Under the pieces are notes generated by a model, which saw only the letters and a program-made list of their open reading frames with translations, was not told where the DNA came from and made no database searches. A stretch of 64,000 nt of DNA from Candidatus Bathyarchaeota archaeon (GTDB lineage: Archaea > Thermoproteota > Bathyarchaeia > Bathyarchaeales > Bathycorpusculaceae). Below, in pieces: positions 1 to 10,131 of this stretch. How positions within the stretch are numbered: position 1 is the first letter of the stretch; every line of letters starts with the position of its first letter. The stretch is taken from NCBI GenBank assembly GCA_963780185.1, contig CAWABA010000006.1, positions 416,001 to 480,000 of the forward strand, read 5' to 3'. Made by a program: the position numbers and the translations under genes.

Positions 1-275
1 AAACGGGTTAAGCTGTTAAATTGTTAGCTTAATATCGGCGTGGTGGTCTTCGTTTTGAATAGCACTCACGGCAGTATACTGGCCTGCTTCCGTCTGGTTT
101 GAAAGGAACTTCGCATTCTTTTCCGCAGTCCGCGCAGGTTGCCTTGTGCATCTCTTTGCTTCCGTATGACATTTTGTTTTTTCACTTCCTATTACGTTAT
201 TTTGCAAATCTCTTTGCACGCTTGCCTAATGTGGAACTGGTTATAAAGTCTATCCGTTGACGAAGCGTAAGAGGC

Positions 276-440
276 TCATTCGCCCCGTGTATCGTTCCGG
301 TTGCACTCCGCTTTCGGGCGGTATTCCACTTTTTTGGTTCGCTGCTTATGGTGTTTTTCACATTCTTTTACCCTGACAAGCATCCACTCGTTTTCCTCAT
401 AAACACAGCCGCAAAGCAAAGTCTTAGTCGTCAAAACCAT
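276..440 (-). CDS. Unannotated 54-aa Cys/His microprotein (CGCVY...ECEKH...YRPKAEC), paralog of 39134-39313
   Basis: Hand translation MVLTTKTLLCGCVYEENEWMLVRVKECEKHHKQRTKKVEYRPKAECNRNDTRGE; GGAG just upstream; ungapped similarity to a second ORF in the window. Confidence 0.75.
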   Translation of the reverse strand: MVLTTKTLLCGCVYEENEWMLVRVKECEKHHKQRTKKVEYRPKAECNRNDTRGE

Positions 441-607
441 CCATCTCCAACAACGCGAGCAAAGCCAATAAGAAATAGGAAACGCAACTCATAACGATTC
501 CCCTCCAAACCAACAGAACAAGCCATGCAAACGCGCCTTTTTCCCCTCAAATCTTCTGGTTTGCCGCACAACCTAAATAAACCAATTTTTCCAATCCAAC
601 GTTCATC

Positions 608-1279
608 ATGAACTTCGAGAATGTAGTACTGCCTGATTCTGTGGGTTTCCGATGCGTAAGCTGCGGAGTTTGCTGCCGCATGCAGCCGCCTGACATAGAC
701 AGGGCTGAGCAGAAACGGATAGAGGCAAAAGGCTTCAAAAACTTCGCTGAGTCTCCTGACGAAGGCGGGATTCGTTGGATTCGCAGAAAAAAAGACGACA
801 GCTGCCACTTCTTAGATAACAACAACAAATGCGCAATCTACAACGTGAGGCCAGCGGCTTGCCGATTGGAGCCATTCACCATAGCCGACTACGATTACGA
901 GAAAAACCGCATAGAGGTGGAACTGAACTTTCCATTTTCTAGTTGCTGCGCAGGGACTTGTGACGGAAAAGAAATAGTCTCCGTTAAAGAAATCGCGAAA
1001 GCCGCTCAAGCGATGTTGCAGAAAATTTTGGCGGTAACCGCTATGGACTTGGATCTTCCGCTAAATGACAAACGGGTTCACGTCGAAACGCGATCAAGAA
1101 TCCTTCGCAGAAAAATAGAAGCTGCTGACCTGCAGCTTTATGGGCAAGGGCTTAGAATTGGGGCAGGACGCTTCGCTTCAGCTTCTTTCCGTGGGCATCG
1201 GCGACTCATTGTCGGCTTGCGGCGCTTCAATCATTTTTTTCACGGCGGCAATTTGACGTTTTATATCTTCAGTTCCTGA
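608..1279 (+). CDS. YkgJ-family cysteine-cluster (CxxCxxCC) Fe-S/zinc protein
   Basis: FRCVSCGVCC, CHFLD..CAIYNVRPAACRLEPF motifs; C-terminal ~45 aa overlap the convergent gene and may be read-through from a lost stop. Confidence 0.8.
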   Translation: MNFENVVLPDSVGFRCVSCGVCCRMQPPDIDRAEQKRIEAKGFKNFAESPDEGGIRWIRRKKDDSCHFLDNNNKCAIYNVRPAACRLEPFTIADYDYEKNRIEVELNFPFSSCCAGTCDGKEIVSVKEIAKAAQAMLQKILAVTAMDLDLPLNDKRVHVETRSRILRRKIEAADLQLYGQGLRIGAGRFASASFRGHRRLIVGLRRFNHFFHGGNLTFYIFSS

Positions 1280-1564
1280 CTGGAACGTTTGCAGTGGAAT
1301 TATTTCCCAAGTGTTTTGGCTCCAAAACGGCAAACTATGCATCGTCTTACTCAACTCCTCAGCCGACGGCGACTCAATCAAAATTACCCCTGCTCGTTGA
1401 CCCGCGAACAATCCGCCGACAATTGTCTTCTTTTCTGCCCAATCCGCGAGCATTTGAAGGCCTGGCAAAATCAGTTTTTCCGCAAACATTGCGAAATTTG
1501 ATGGGTTTACCAGACCGCCATAGTCGATGCTTCTGCTTATGACTAAAAACTTCAAAAAACTCAC
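1178..1564 (-). CDS. Dimeric alpha-beta barrel protein, muconolactone isomerase/DUF3303-like
   Basis: G..AG.RAGVILIE..SAEELSK.MHSLPFW...WEIIPL pattern. Confidence 0.6.
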   Translation of the reverse strand: MSFLKFLVISRSIDYGGLVNPSNFAMFAEKLILPGLQMLADWAEKKTIVGGLFAGQRAGVILIESPSAEELSKTMHSLPFWSQNTWEIIPLQTFQSGTEDIKRQIAAVKKMIEAPQADNESPMPTERS

Positions 1565-1709
1565 CTAACAAATCAGTGCAAATCCCGTCACTTAAGCGTA
1601 TGTGACTGTCAAAAAACATCAACAAACTAGCTGGAAATTTGACAACTTTCTGATTTTAGAATTTAACAGGATTGGCTTCGGTTACTTGTTCTTTAAAGAA
1701 ATAGGGAGG

Positions 1710-2255
1710 CTAAGGGTTTCTTGCTCCGCAATGTGGGCACTTATCAAGCGTCTTGTCATAGGTGAACTGGCAGTAGGGACAGCGCACCTTGATTACCTCG
1801 CCGGGCGCTTGGGCGTCAGGTTTCTCTTTTGTTTTCTTGCTGACTTTTAAGTTGAAGAGCTCATTTGCGAAGTCAGTCATGTAACGTGAATGGTCAAAGA
1901 AAACGGTTTGGCTGGCGCCTTGTGCATCGTCAAATTCCATTGCCAGAATGTTGTCTCTTTCTTTGCCGGCTGGTGCCATTGCTCTTTTGATTTTGCCTAT
2001 GGGAATTTCAAACGAGAATTTAGCTGACTTGAAAGCAACCGTGTTTTGCGGATGCGAATACAAAGACAAACTGCCGTTAACTTGATGTTCAGATTTGGGG
2101 TGGCCGCCTATGTATCGGGCGTCAATTTCCAACACCAACTCCTTAACATGCGCTTTGTCAGAAACATGCTCCGCATCAAGATGGCTCAACATCTGGTCCT
2201 CCCCCTTAAACAGCTTACCGCACTTAGGGCACAACACATCTAGATCGTTCTTCAA
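1710..2255 (-). CDS. Hypothetical protein with N-terminal C2H2 zinc finger and C-terminal zinc ribbon
   Basis: CPKC..F.....MLSHLDAEH and CPYC..CPHCGA motifs. Confidence 0.7.
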   Translation of the reverse strand: MKNDLDVLCPKCGKLFKGEDQMLSHLDAEHVSDKAHVKELVLEIDARYIGGHPKSEHQVNGSLSLYSHPQNTVAFKSAKFSFEIPIGKIKRAMAPAGKERDNILAMEFDDAQGASQTVFFDHSRYMTDFANELFNLKVSKKTKEKPDAQAPGEVIKVRCPYCQFTYDKTLDKCPHCGARNP

Positions 2256-2381
2256 TGGCCATCACAGTAAACAGTTTCATATTTCCCACTCTTAATATTT
2301 AAAGTAAAATGGGGCGTTGCTTTTCCTAAAAAGCACGTTTTCAGTTTGGGTATAACATTTAAGAGGGCTGATAGTCAATAA

Positions 2382-2705
2382 ATGTTTTATAGGTGTTTTC
2401 GAGTGGTTGTTGCCAGATTAGCGAAGTTCTACTTCAAAACTGGAATGCGCGACGAAGGCTTCTCAGTGTTAGATCTTATTTTAAACAAGCTTGTGCGAAG
2501 CGCGAAGGGTTATCAAGGTTATGTTTCGCTGTTTTCATGTGACCAAACCGAAGTTGCCACGATCCTGACAATGTGGGAAGATGATGAATCATATTCAGGC
2601 GCTCAAGAGCTATTCACTTCAACTATTGACAAAGTTGCGCCTTTTTTTGAAAAACAACCTGAAGTGGAACATTACAGAGTTGACACCGTCAACTTCGTTC
2701 AATAG
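2382..2705 (+). CDS. Antibiotic biosynthesis monooxygenase (ABM)-like protein
   Basis: ~100 aa; KGYQGY...ILTMWEDDES...PEVEHYRV pattern. Confidence 0.7.
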   Translation: MFYRCFRVVVARLAKFYFKTGMRDEGFSVLDLILNKLVRSAKGYQGYVSLFSCDQTEVATILTMWEDDESYSGAQELFTSTIDKVAPFFEKQPEVEHYRVDTVNFVQ

Positions 2706-2941
2706 TTCAGTTTTCAATTAGACTCATCGCGTCCATCTTTGCGGTTACGGCCTACAAGTCCACATTTTATTAGGAATGAGCAGAGCGTCTTGGAATCTAA
2801 ATATTTTTAACACTCGCAATCATTATTATTTTTGAGATTCCATCGGGATTTAGCGGTGATTTTAGGTCGGAATCGGATAATAAGCGATTTAGAGATTTCT
2901 TTTTAGCTTCCGATACCAGTCGCGCTAGACTTGGCTTAGCC

Positions 2942-4585
2942 ATGCTGCTAATCCCGATTGCAGGGTTCCTTGTTAATGATTACACTTTATTTGCATTATC
3001 GCCCATGTTTTTCAGTTTGCTGGTGCTCAGAAGCGGAATGGTCGCCTCCGCTGTTTTCTTGGTCATCTATTTGAGGCAGATAAGAAGTTATGTTACCTAC
3101 GAAAAATCGATAACGATATGGGGCGCTTTCGCCGTTTTTTCGTCTGCAATCATAAACCTTACGCGAACCCGGATTTTTATACCTGACCAAATTGTTGCTG
3201 ACATAATTTTTGTTTTCATTTTGTTCTTGGTTATTCCAAATCGGTTCGTTTATCAAGTTACTTTATCTTTAATTCCCACTCTGAGTCTTGTCGGATTGAT
3301 TATTCTTAACATGGGAACGGCAACGTTGACGGCGCTTCTTGGGCTCTGCTTTGCTTATGTTATCGCTATATCGTGTGCGTGGCAATTGAACATATATCGG
3401 CGGCAGAGTTTTCATGCAACTGTGAATCGTGAGAAAACTGAAGAAGCTCTTCGACAGTCGGAAGAAAGATTCAGGGGTTTAGTTGAGAGCACAAGTGACT
3501 GGATTTGGCAAGTGGATAGAAATGGTGTTTACATTTACGTAAGCCCTAAAGTGACAGAGATTTTAGGTTTTCAACGGCAAGAAGTTCTTGGAAAAACACC
3601 TTTTGACCTAATGCCTAAACAAGAAGCCGAAGGAATAAGAAAAGATTTTGAGGAAATATCAAAAAACAAAAAAGCCTTCTTTGGTTTAGAAAACTGGAAT
3701 ATCCACAAAAATGGAAAACTGGTTTTGTTAGAATCTAGCGGGGTGCCAATTTTAGACAAAGAAGGACATCTTCTCGGCTACAGGGGTATTGACCGAGACA
3801 TTACTGAACGAAAGAAAGCTGAACAAGAATTGGCGCAGTCAAAGGTCAAGCTGCAAGAGTACGCCACCGACCTTCAGAAGCTTGTAGAACTACGGACCAA
3901 GCAACTGCAAAATTCCGAACGGTTGGCGGCTATTGGTCAAACGGCAGGAATGGTTGGACATGATATTCGTAATCCCTTGCAGGCTATTGCCGGAGATTTG
4001 TACCTTATAGATAATGATGTAGCTTCCCTAAACGATAGTGAAACCAAGAAAAGCCTACAGGAAAGCGTAGAGAGCATTCAAAGCAATTTGATGTATATTG
4101 CCAAGATTGTTGAAGATTTGCAAGACTATGCTCGCCCCTTGAAACCTAATTTGGAGCAGGTAAGAATCGATAAAGTGATTGAGCAGGTCATGCTTATCGT
4201 ACCCGTTACACCTAACCACCAGGTTATTCTTAATGTAGAAAGAGACCTTCCAGCATTCACCTGCGATTTTCTAATGCTAAAACGTGTTATGACTAATTTA
4301 GTGCAAAATGCACTTCAAGCCATGCCGAGCGGTGGTCGATTAACAATTCAAGCGTACCGCAAGAATGCGAGCATTTTTGTTGCTGTAAAAGACACGGGGG
4401 TTGGTATTCCTGAAGAGTTTAAACCAAAAATCTTCATGCCTATGATGACTACTAAAGCAAAAGGTCAAGGGTTAGGGTTGGCGGTAGTCAAGCGGCTTGT
4501 TGAAGCATTAAACGGAACAATAAGCTTCGAAAGCCAAGAAGGCAAAGGAACAACATTCACAATTGAGTTTCCATTAGCCAGTTGA
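2942..4585 (+). CDS. Membrane-bound PAS-domain sensor histidine kinase
   Basis: N-terminal TM helices, PAS/PAC (WIWQVD...RDITERK), H-box GHDIRNPL, N/G1/F/G2 boxes. Confidence 0.92.
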   Translation: MLLIPIAGFLVNDYTLFALSPMFFSLLVLRSGMVASAVFLVIYLRQIRSYVTYEKSITIWGAFAVFSSAIINLTRTRIFIPDQIVADIIFVFILFLVIPNRFVYQVTLSLIPTLSLVGLIILNMGTATLTALLGLCFAYVIAISCAWQLNIYRRQSFHATVNREKTEEALRQSEERFRGLVESTSDWIWQVDRNGVYIYVSPKVTEILGFQRQEVLGKTPFDLMPKQEAEGIRKDFEEISKNKKAFFGLENWNIHKNGKLVLLESSGVPILDKEGHLLGYRGIDRDITERKKAEQELAQSKVKLQEYATDLQKLVELRTKQLQNSERLAAIGQTAGMVGHDIRNPLQAIAGDLYLIDNDVASLNDSETKKSLQESVESIQSNLMYIAKIVEDLQDYARPLKPNLEQVRIDKVIEQVMLIVPVTPNHQVILNVERDLPAFTCDFLMLKRVMTNLVQNALQAMPSGGRLTIQAYRKNASIFVAVKDTGVGIPEEFKPKIFMPMMTTKAKGQGLGLAVVKRLVEALNGTISFESQEGKGTTFTIEFPLAS

Positions 4586-4603
4586 GAACCTTAAGCAACC
4601 GCT

Positions 4604-4927
4604 TTATTTTCTATTCTCTTTTTCTTCGGCGTTCATCTCAGCAATTCGCCGCTCTAACTCTTCTGCCTCTCGTCTGACTCCTTTATCCAGCGCCCGCTTC
4701 GCACTGACAGCCAAAACATAAGCGATCGATAAAAGAAAAGGGATAAACAACGCTAACGTAGCTAGCCCAAGATAGTAAATTTCGTAGTGGAAAATTAAAT
4801 TCAGCCCCCAATACAGACTCAGCGTGACGAAAAAAGCTGCTGAAAAAGTGATGCAGGTAATATCGAAGATTTTCCCAACTGGCATTCTCAGGTCCATCTT
4901 AAGCAGCCCAAACAAGATTCCTTTCAC
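4604..4927 (-). CDS. Small membrane protein (2 TM plus coiled-coil tail)
   Basis: Two hydrophobic stretches followed by a charged helix. Confidence 0.55.
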   Translation of the reverse strand: MKGILFGLLKMDLRMPVGKIFDITCITFSAAFFVTLSLYWGLNLIFHYEIYYLGLATLALFIPFLLSIAYVLAVSAKRALDKGVRREAEELERRIAEMNAEEKENRK

Positions 4928-5194
4928 TAAGTATAAAAATTTTGGCTTAGCAGTATTGCCAACATCTATTTTATGAGCCTTCAGACTGATTAGCTACGGG
5001 TTCGTCTATAAAGCAATTGGTTTGCTTCAGGTGCCAGCTAGGAAGCGGGCGTTGACGTTGGAGTTAATGTTGAAAGAGATGGACAAAAAGCGGTTAAATT
5101 ATGGCAAAATATGCGGCTTCTCGACTGCCAAAGCAATTCCAGTTGTGAAGGCTTGCATAAGTTATTTGAACAACTAGCTACACATGTGTTGCCT

Positions 5195-5443
5195 ATGAAC
5201 AAATCAGAAGCTTTAGCGGTTTTGAACGAGATTCGTGATGCCTTAAAGAACTCGGAGGTTTTAAACTGTGTTTTCCTCGATGGCTCACAGGTATCCCACG
5301 TATCAACTGGGGGGTACGAAATAAAGATAAAATGTGAATTCGACAGCGTTTCAAGAGATGCCGTAAGCGGCATACTGAAAAGATATGAGCTGTACCTGAA
5401 GGAACAAAATGGCTACGTGATTTTTCGTTCTCTCAAAGACTAA
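5195..5443 (+). CDS. Hypothetical protein
   Basis: ORF 5111-5443; protein-like composition from the ATG at 5195 (MNKSEALAVLNEI). Confidence 0.55.
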   Translation: MNKSEALAVLNEIRDALKNSEVLNCVFLDGSQVSHVSTGGYEIKIKCEFDSVSRDAVSGILKRYELYLKEQNGYVIFRSLKD

Positions 5444-5518
5444 TGCGAACTGAAGAGCAGCCTCGCCTTTTTTTGTTCCCTTACGTAGGAAATGGATTTA
5501 TTTTAGATTAAACAGTTT

Positions 5519-5992
5519 TTAGCTATGTCCCGTTCCGATAAGATTTCCAACGTCAAAACCTTTTGATTTGGCGAATTGCGTTAACTCCGCGAATAATGCA
5601 TTATCCATTTCGGGTTTTCTGCTTAATATCCATAGATACGTGCGGTTTGGTGTGCCTACAACAGAATATTCGTAGTATTCGCCCAATTTGATAATCCAGT
5701 AGTCGCCGTAGAATGGCCAGAAAAATTTTACTTTGAGCTTTGCGTTAGTCGTTTTATCAACAATTTTTGCTTTGCCTCTTGCCCGTTTCACTTTGCCGTT
5801 TTTTGTGCACTCGTTGAGTACAGAAATAGCGCCATTAGCTAACAGGGTGTAAGTTGCGGTCGTTTCATTGCAGCCTTCTTGAAATTTAAATGGAAGGTGT
5901 GCAAGCTCATACCATTTGCCCAAGTATCTGCTCAGGTCTACATGCGGCACAACTTCAAGAGCAGGGTAGTCATTTTTAGTCAAATGGTTCAC
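5519..5992 (-). CDS. blc: Lipocalin family protein (Blc-like), no lipoprotein signal
   Basis: VDLSRYLGKWYELA (GxWY), YWII...Y.YSVVG..YLWILSR motifs. Confidence 0.9.
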   Translation of the reverse strand: MNHLTKNDYPALEVVPHVDLSRYLGKWYELAHLPFKFQEGCNETTATYTLLANGAISVLNECTKNGKVKRARGKAKIVDKTTNAKLKVKFFWPFYGDYWIIKLGEYYEYSVVGTPNRTYLWILSRKPEMDNALFAELTQFAKSKGFDVGNLIGTGHS

Positions 5993-6090
5993 TCAATAAT
6001 GAAGCAAGTATATCCGCACTTTTAACTTTTCTTTCGTGGTTGATGGCTCGCTTCGCAAAAAGCGAGTGCTTGCTTGTGAGAAGGGTAGCC

Positions 6091-7140
6091 TTAGGAAGTT
6101 GTAGTATCTAAATGAGGTGTACTCTCAGTCTGAGGTGCCGGGCTATTTTGACTTTTTGTCTTCTTAAGGAAATATACTGCAAATGCGACCACGATAACTA
6201 TTATTGCAACAACGATACCGATAACCAAGGCTTGGTTGTTTCCCCCTTGTTTTGCTGGATTGCCAGGAGTAGCAGTGGTAGTACCAGTGAGAGTGGCAGT
6301 CGGATTACTTGATTGACCAGGTGAAGTTGATGCAGCGGAGGGTGAAGGAGACGACGATGCTTCAGGTGACGAACTAGCGCTGGCGGTTGGCTGGGGATTA
6401 ACTGTAATTGTGCTTGTGGTGGCATTTACGAGTGGAAAAGCTTTGTTTATAACTGTGATAGTTTGTAAACCAGCGGTTGGAAGAGTAATGTTGAAAACGC
6501 CCACACCATTGACTAAGTCACTGGGGAGACCTTGGTTTGGAAAAATTGCTTGACTATCACTTGAGTCAAAGCTAAGCGCATTTCCGTAACCTGAATTTCC
6601 AAGGCTCGTTTGAACATTGTTTGATGCATCCAATGCTGAGACACTGACGCTGACTGATTGGTTTGCAACAATAGTTGTAGGTGTAACCGATATGTCGAAG
6701 TGAATTGGAGAAACTGTGACAGCCAATGTGCCCGTGACGGTTATTATCGTATTGTCGGTCACTGTGATTGTTTGTGAACCAGGAGTTCCAAAATAAAATG
6801 TGCAGGTGCCAACACCGTTGCTATTAATGGTTATAGTGGTATTTGTTGGCTTAATTGCATTTGGATCAGTCGATGTTAAATTGACACTGCCACCTGATGA
6901 GACAGTGTTGTTGAGAGCGTCTTTTGCTTGTATGATTAAGTTATAGGCTGTGCCTTGATTCACCGGTGCGGGATTTTGCAAAAGGTAGAGGTAGTAATTT
7001 GTTAGGGGTCCTGGCGCTGCCTTAACCGCTACGTTCCCAAAGCACATAAAAGAAACAAAAAGTAAAGTTACAAACGTCAAACTAACAATCTTTGAATACT
7101 TCAAACTGCTCCCCTTGCTTGATAGTATCGCCTGTTCCAT
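6091..7140 (-). CDS. Cell-surface protein: signal peptide, two Ig-like repeats, S/P/T linker, C-terminal TM anchor
   Basis: Repeated A.DA.NN...S.D..A...NGVG...T.G.QTITV units; C-terminal hydrophobic helix followed by KK. Confidence 0.75.
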   Translation of the reverse strand: MEQAILSSKGSSLKYSKIVSLTFVTLLFVSFMCFGNVAVKAAPGPLTNYYLYLLQNPAPVNQGTAYNLIIQAKDALNNTVSSGGSVNLTSTDPNAIKPTNTTITINSNGVGTCTFYFGTPGSQTITVTDNTIITVTGTLAVTVSPIHFDISVTPTTIVANQSVSVSVSALDASNNVQTSLGNSGYGNALSFDSSDSQAIFPNQGLPSDLVNGVGVFNITLPTAGLQTITVINKAFPLVNATTSTITVNPQPTASASSSPEASSSPSPSAASTSPGQSSNPTATLTGTTTATPGNPAKQGGNNQALVIGIVVAIIVIVVAFAVYFLKKTKSQNSPAPQTESTPHLDTTTS

Positions 7141-7371
7141 TTTTAAAGCTTGCTTGATTGGCCAAATAACATTTCATAAAGCCTATCACACTAAGCCCCT
7201 ATGCCTCTTAAGGCAGCGAGATGGCTTTTAGAATCAAAAGTTGGACCGGCGTGTTGGTTGAAACCGCATTTGGGCTTAGTAATTCTTTACTATCTTCAAC
7301 CATCTTCCTAACTTCCTATTGCTGCTATCTAGTTATAAATCTTTAGAATCTCTAATTTTTCAAAATCATGG

Positions 7372-7932
7372 CTAACTTAGCTGAACTACAGTAACTTCGT
7401 TCCCATATAGAGTTGGTGTTCTAGATTCATATTGTGAAGAAATAATGATCACTATAGAAACGCTCTCATGCGGTGATAATGTAGAAAGAGTAAGTTGCTG
7501 GTTGTTGGGGTACGAACCTGAAACAATTGGTACTGTAATATCAATCAAGGTTTCAGGACCACCTTGAATGAAGGGGTAACCGAACGAGTATGCGTGTAAC
7601 CCTACATTGTGCAAGATATTTGGGCTGATATTAGTGACGTTCCCGCTTATTACAAGAACCCCTGCTTGTGGGAGAATATCAAGGTTTGTAGAAATTATTG
7701 TTGACGGCACTTCAGTATATCCTTGGGGAGGTGGTCTTGTTGTTGGGTTGGACGTTGGTTTTGCTGTGAGATAAGTAGTTGGCTGTAATGTTGGATTTAG
7801 AGTTGCGGTTGGTTGAGGTAAATTTGATGACTCAATTGGTTTTAAGTTCTCTATTTCAATTTGTTGATAAACCAATACCAAAATAACCGCTGTAAAAACG
7901 ATGACTAAAACAACTTTTGCTATTTTATTCAT
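7372..7932 (-). CDS. Membrane-anchored exported hypothetical protein
   Basis: N-terminal TM, P/T-rich linker, beta-rich domain (ISGNVTN). Confidence 0.65.
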   Translation of the reverse strand: MNKIAKVVLVIVFTAVILVLVYQQIEIENLKPIESSNLPQPTATLNPTLQPTTYLTAKPTSNPTTRPPPQGYTEVPSTIISTNLDILPQAGVLVISGNVTNISPNILHNVGLHAYSFGYPFIQGGPETLIDITVPIVSGSYPNNQQLTLSTLSPHESVSIVIIISSQYESRTPTLYGNEVTVVQLS

Positions 7933-8081
7933 CGGTCAGTCGTTATTTTATGGCGCCGTAGCGAATATATGGTTTGTTCTGGTAAACGCTATTTTGAAAA
8001 TTTCTCTATATATTCCTTAAGATAAGAAAGGGGACTAGGAGTCATATGCTTTTTACGCTGAATCTTTTTTAGAAAAATTGT

Positions 8082-8121
8082 TCTGTACGACAGAGTCCTT
8101 GCTTGCGAGGAAGGTGCCCTT
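8082..8121. repeat. ~40-nt dispersed repeat family B, copy 1 (other copy 45763-45803)
   Basis: GACAGAGTCCTT-N3-TGCGA-N-GA-N-GGTGCCCTT, 28/33 identical to copy 2, preceded by a TCTGT..ACAGA mini-hairpin. Confidence 0.65.
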
Positions 8122-8156
8122 TATGGGATACCGCGAATTTTTAGAAATCAGAAGTT

Positions 8157-8471
8157 GGGCTGGTGTGCTGGCAGTAACCCGCCTTCTGTTGTTGTGGCAT
8201 TCGGCTAATCGGGCTACCCGCGCCTTGGGTAGATTCCTCATCGGCGACTGTTTGCCCTTTCCACTTGCAGGACGGCCGTTTCACCGCTTCCAAGCTGGCG
8301 CACTCAGCGTCACAAACGCGTCATCGCCTGTCCAACTGGACGTTTCGTTTCTGCTCCGTTGCCAACGCTCTCGCGTTGCCCCTTGTGGGAGCTGCAATTC
8401 TACACGTGGGCGGAGTTTCCTCAGACCCAGCATTTTTTGGGTCCGAAAGCCACACACCAACTCGCCAGCCC
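8157..8471 (-). ncRNA. rnpB: Archaeal RNase P RNA
   Basis: Minus strand has GAGGAAACTCC near the 5' end and AACAGAAGGCGGGTTA near the 3' end; terminal P1 pairing GGGCTGG/CCAGCCC; ~315 nt. Confidence 0.93.
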
Positions 8472-8630
8472 ACCACAGAATGCGCAGGCGCAAGCAATAA
8501 GAATTTCTACGTTCAAAAAAGCAAGAAATAGACAGCGCGCTGCCTTTTCAAGGGTGCTTCGTCCTTACTGCTCGCGCGGTGTTAAAGTGAGATGGGCTTT
8601 TCTTGGGAACGCGTCGGTGACCAATCAGCC

Positions 8631-9026
8631 TTAAGGAGTGGTCATTGGCGGCATCATGCTGCTCATTAATTCAGTCATGGCGGGCACAGACATAGGATCA
8701 TCTTCCACGATCTTCCCATTGGCGAGACGATAATATGTGATAACTCGACCAGTGACTTTGTTCCCGTTGGCAAGGGTCACGTTTAATTTGCCTCTGAAAA
8801 CGACGGAATCTCCTTCAGCGATTAGATCCTCGATTTCAAATTCCATCACAGCCCCAGCCGAATTCATGTTAGAAATTATCGCTTTGAAGCCAGCTTTATC
8901 GGCATTGCCCATGGCTCGGTTCACATAATTTGGCGCAACCAAGTTGTCTAATTGGACGATGTTTTGTCCCATTAAAACCTCTTTGATAAATTGACGAACT
9001 ACAGCTTTGTTCTCATTTGTTGACAT
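8631..9026 (-). CDS. SnoaL-like ester cyclase / NTF2-family protein
   Basis: NKAVVRQFI.EV...IEDLIAEGDSVV...YRLANGKIVE. Confidence 0.85.
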   Translation of the reverse strand: MSTNENKAVVRQFIKEVLMGQNIVQLDNLVAPNYVNRAMGNADKAGFKAIISNMNSAGAVMEFEIEDLIAEGDSVVFRGKLNVTLANGNKVTGRVITYYRLANGKIVEDDPMSVPAMTELMSSMMPPMTTP

Positions 9027-9166
9027 TCTGGATTCTCCTTTGCTTCAAAAATGTGGGCACGCTAATAAGGGTATGTTGGTGTGAAGTTGCAGTCACAATT
9101 TAGAGGCAAAATGGCACGATTTAGCTAATTGCCACAATTTAAGATAATAAGAATATTGAGCCCCTG

Positions 9167-10072
9167 TCAAGTGAGGTTGCCTTCTGCGACCAAGATGACT
9201 TTGCCGCCGACCTCCACTTGGATGAAATCATCGGATTTGTGGGCTTTAAGCAGAAGCAGCGAGGGACGACACATTTCGATACCCTGCTCAACCGTAACGT
9301 CAACCTCGTCGCTGCCGAAGTACTGATAGTGTGACAGGTAACCTGCAAGGCAGCCGTTTCCCGAACCCGTTGCTGGATCCTCAGGGATGCCAAACAAATC
9401 TACGAACACTCGCACATGCAGATCGTTGTCTCCGTGGATTGTTTTAGGGCAGAAAATCAATATGCCGCCGCGGACTTGGCTTGCCACCTCGCGGAGATGA
9501 GCCAGGTTTACGGTTGCGCGTTTGACTGCATCTAAGGTTTTTAAGGGTACAATTATGAATGGCATGCCCGTGGAGACTTCCTGCACTGGGAACCGATGGT
9601 CAAAATCTTCTTCTTTAAGCTGCAGAACTTTAGCCAGCTGCGAAGCCGCGAATGTTTCGCCGAAAACGGGGGGCACCTGCTTCATCCACAGCGTTTCTTG
9701 ATCGCCGTCTTTTTCGAAGCTGACAGGTATCTGAGCAACCTTGAGGTTAAGCACAACCTTGCCCTCTTTGTCGCCCTCTATGAAGTGTTTGATTACGTAG
9801 GCTGTTCCCAAAGTGGGGTGCCCCGCGAAAGGAATCTCCGCGTTGGGTGTGAAGATGCGTACATCGTACCCGCCCATATACTTGTCGCTTGTGAGTATGA
9901 ATGTTGTTTCGGAGAAATGCATCTCGTTGGCTATCTTCTGCATCTGCGCCGTCGACAAGCCGCCTGCGTTTATGAAGACTGCAAGCTGGTTGCCCGCGTA
10001 TTTTTCTTGACCGAACACATCAACCAAATAAAACTTTAAACCGCTCATCAAAACCGCCTTTTCTGTTTGCAT
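9167..10072 (-). CDS. PhzF-family phenazine biosynthesis/epimerase-like protein
   Basis: VDVF...GNQLAV, SETTF, RIFTP..EIPFAGHPTLG, EDPATGSG. Confidence 0.92.
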   Translation of the reverse strand: MQTEKAVLMSGLKFYLVDVFGQEKYAGNQLAVFINAGGLSTAQMQKIANEMHFSETTFILTSDKYMGGYDVRIFTPNAEIPFAGHPTLGTAYVIKHFIEGDKEGKVVLNLKVAQIPVSFEKDGDQETLWMKQVPPVFGETFAASQLAKVLQLKEEDFDHRFPVQEVSTGMPFIIVPLKTLDAVKRATVNLAHLREVASQVRGGILIFCPKTIHGDNDLHVRVFVDLFGIPEDPATGSGNGCLAGYLSHYQYFGSDEVDVTVEQGIEMCRPSLLLLKAHKSDDFIQVEVGGKVILVAEGNLT

Positions 10073-10131
10073 CCAATCAAGCGGTTATCGGAGCGGAACG
10101 GATAAAACTTTCCTCCAACAAATCATCACCT

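Noticed and set aside
1140-1279. 102-nt convergent overlap between the YkgJ gene and the barrel-protein gene
   Set aside because: The tail is not family-like and is probably read-through from a lost stop or indel rather than a functional overlap
8053-8634. Several overlapping ORFs (8078-8500, 8265-8531, 8281-8493, 8359-8634)
   Set aside because: They overlap the GC-rich RNase P RNA gene and have no protein-like motifs
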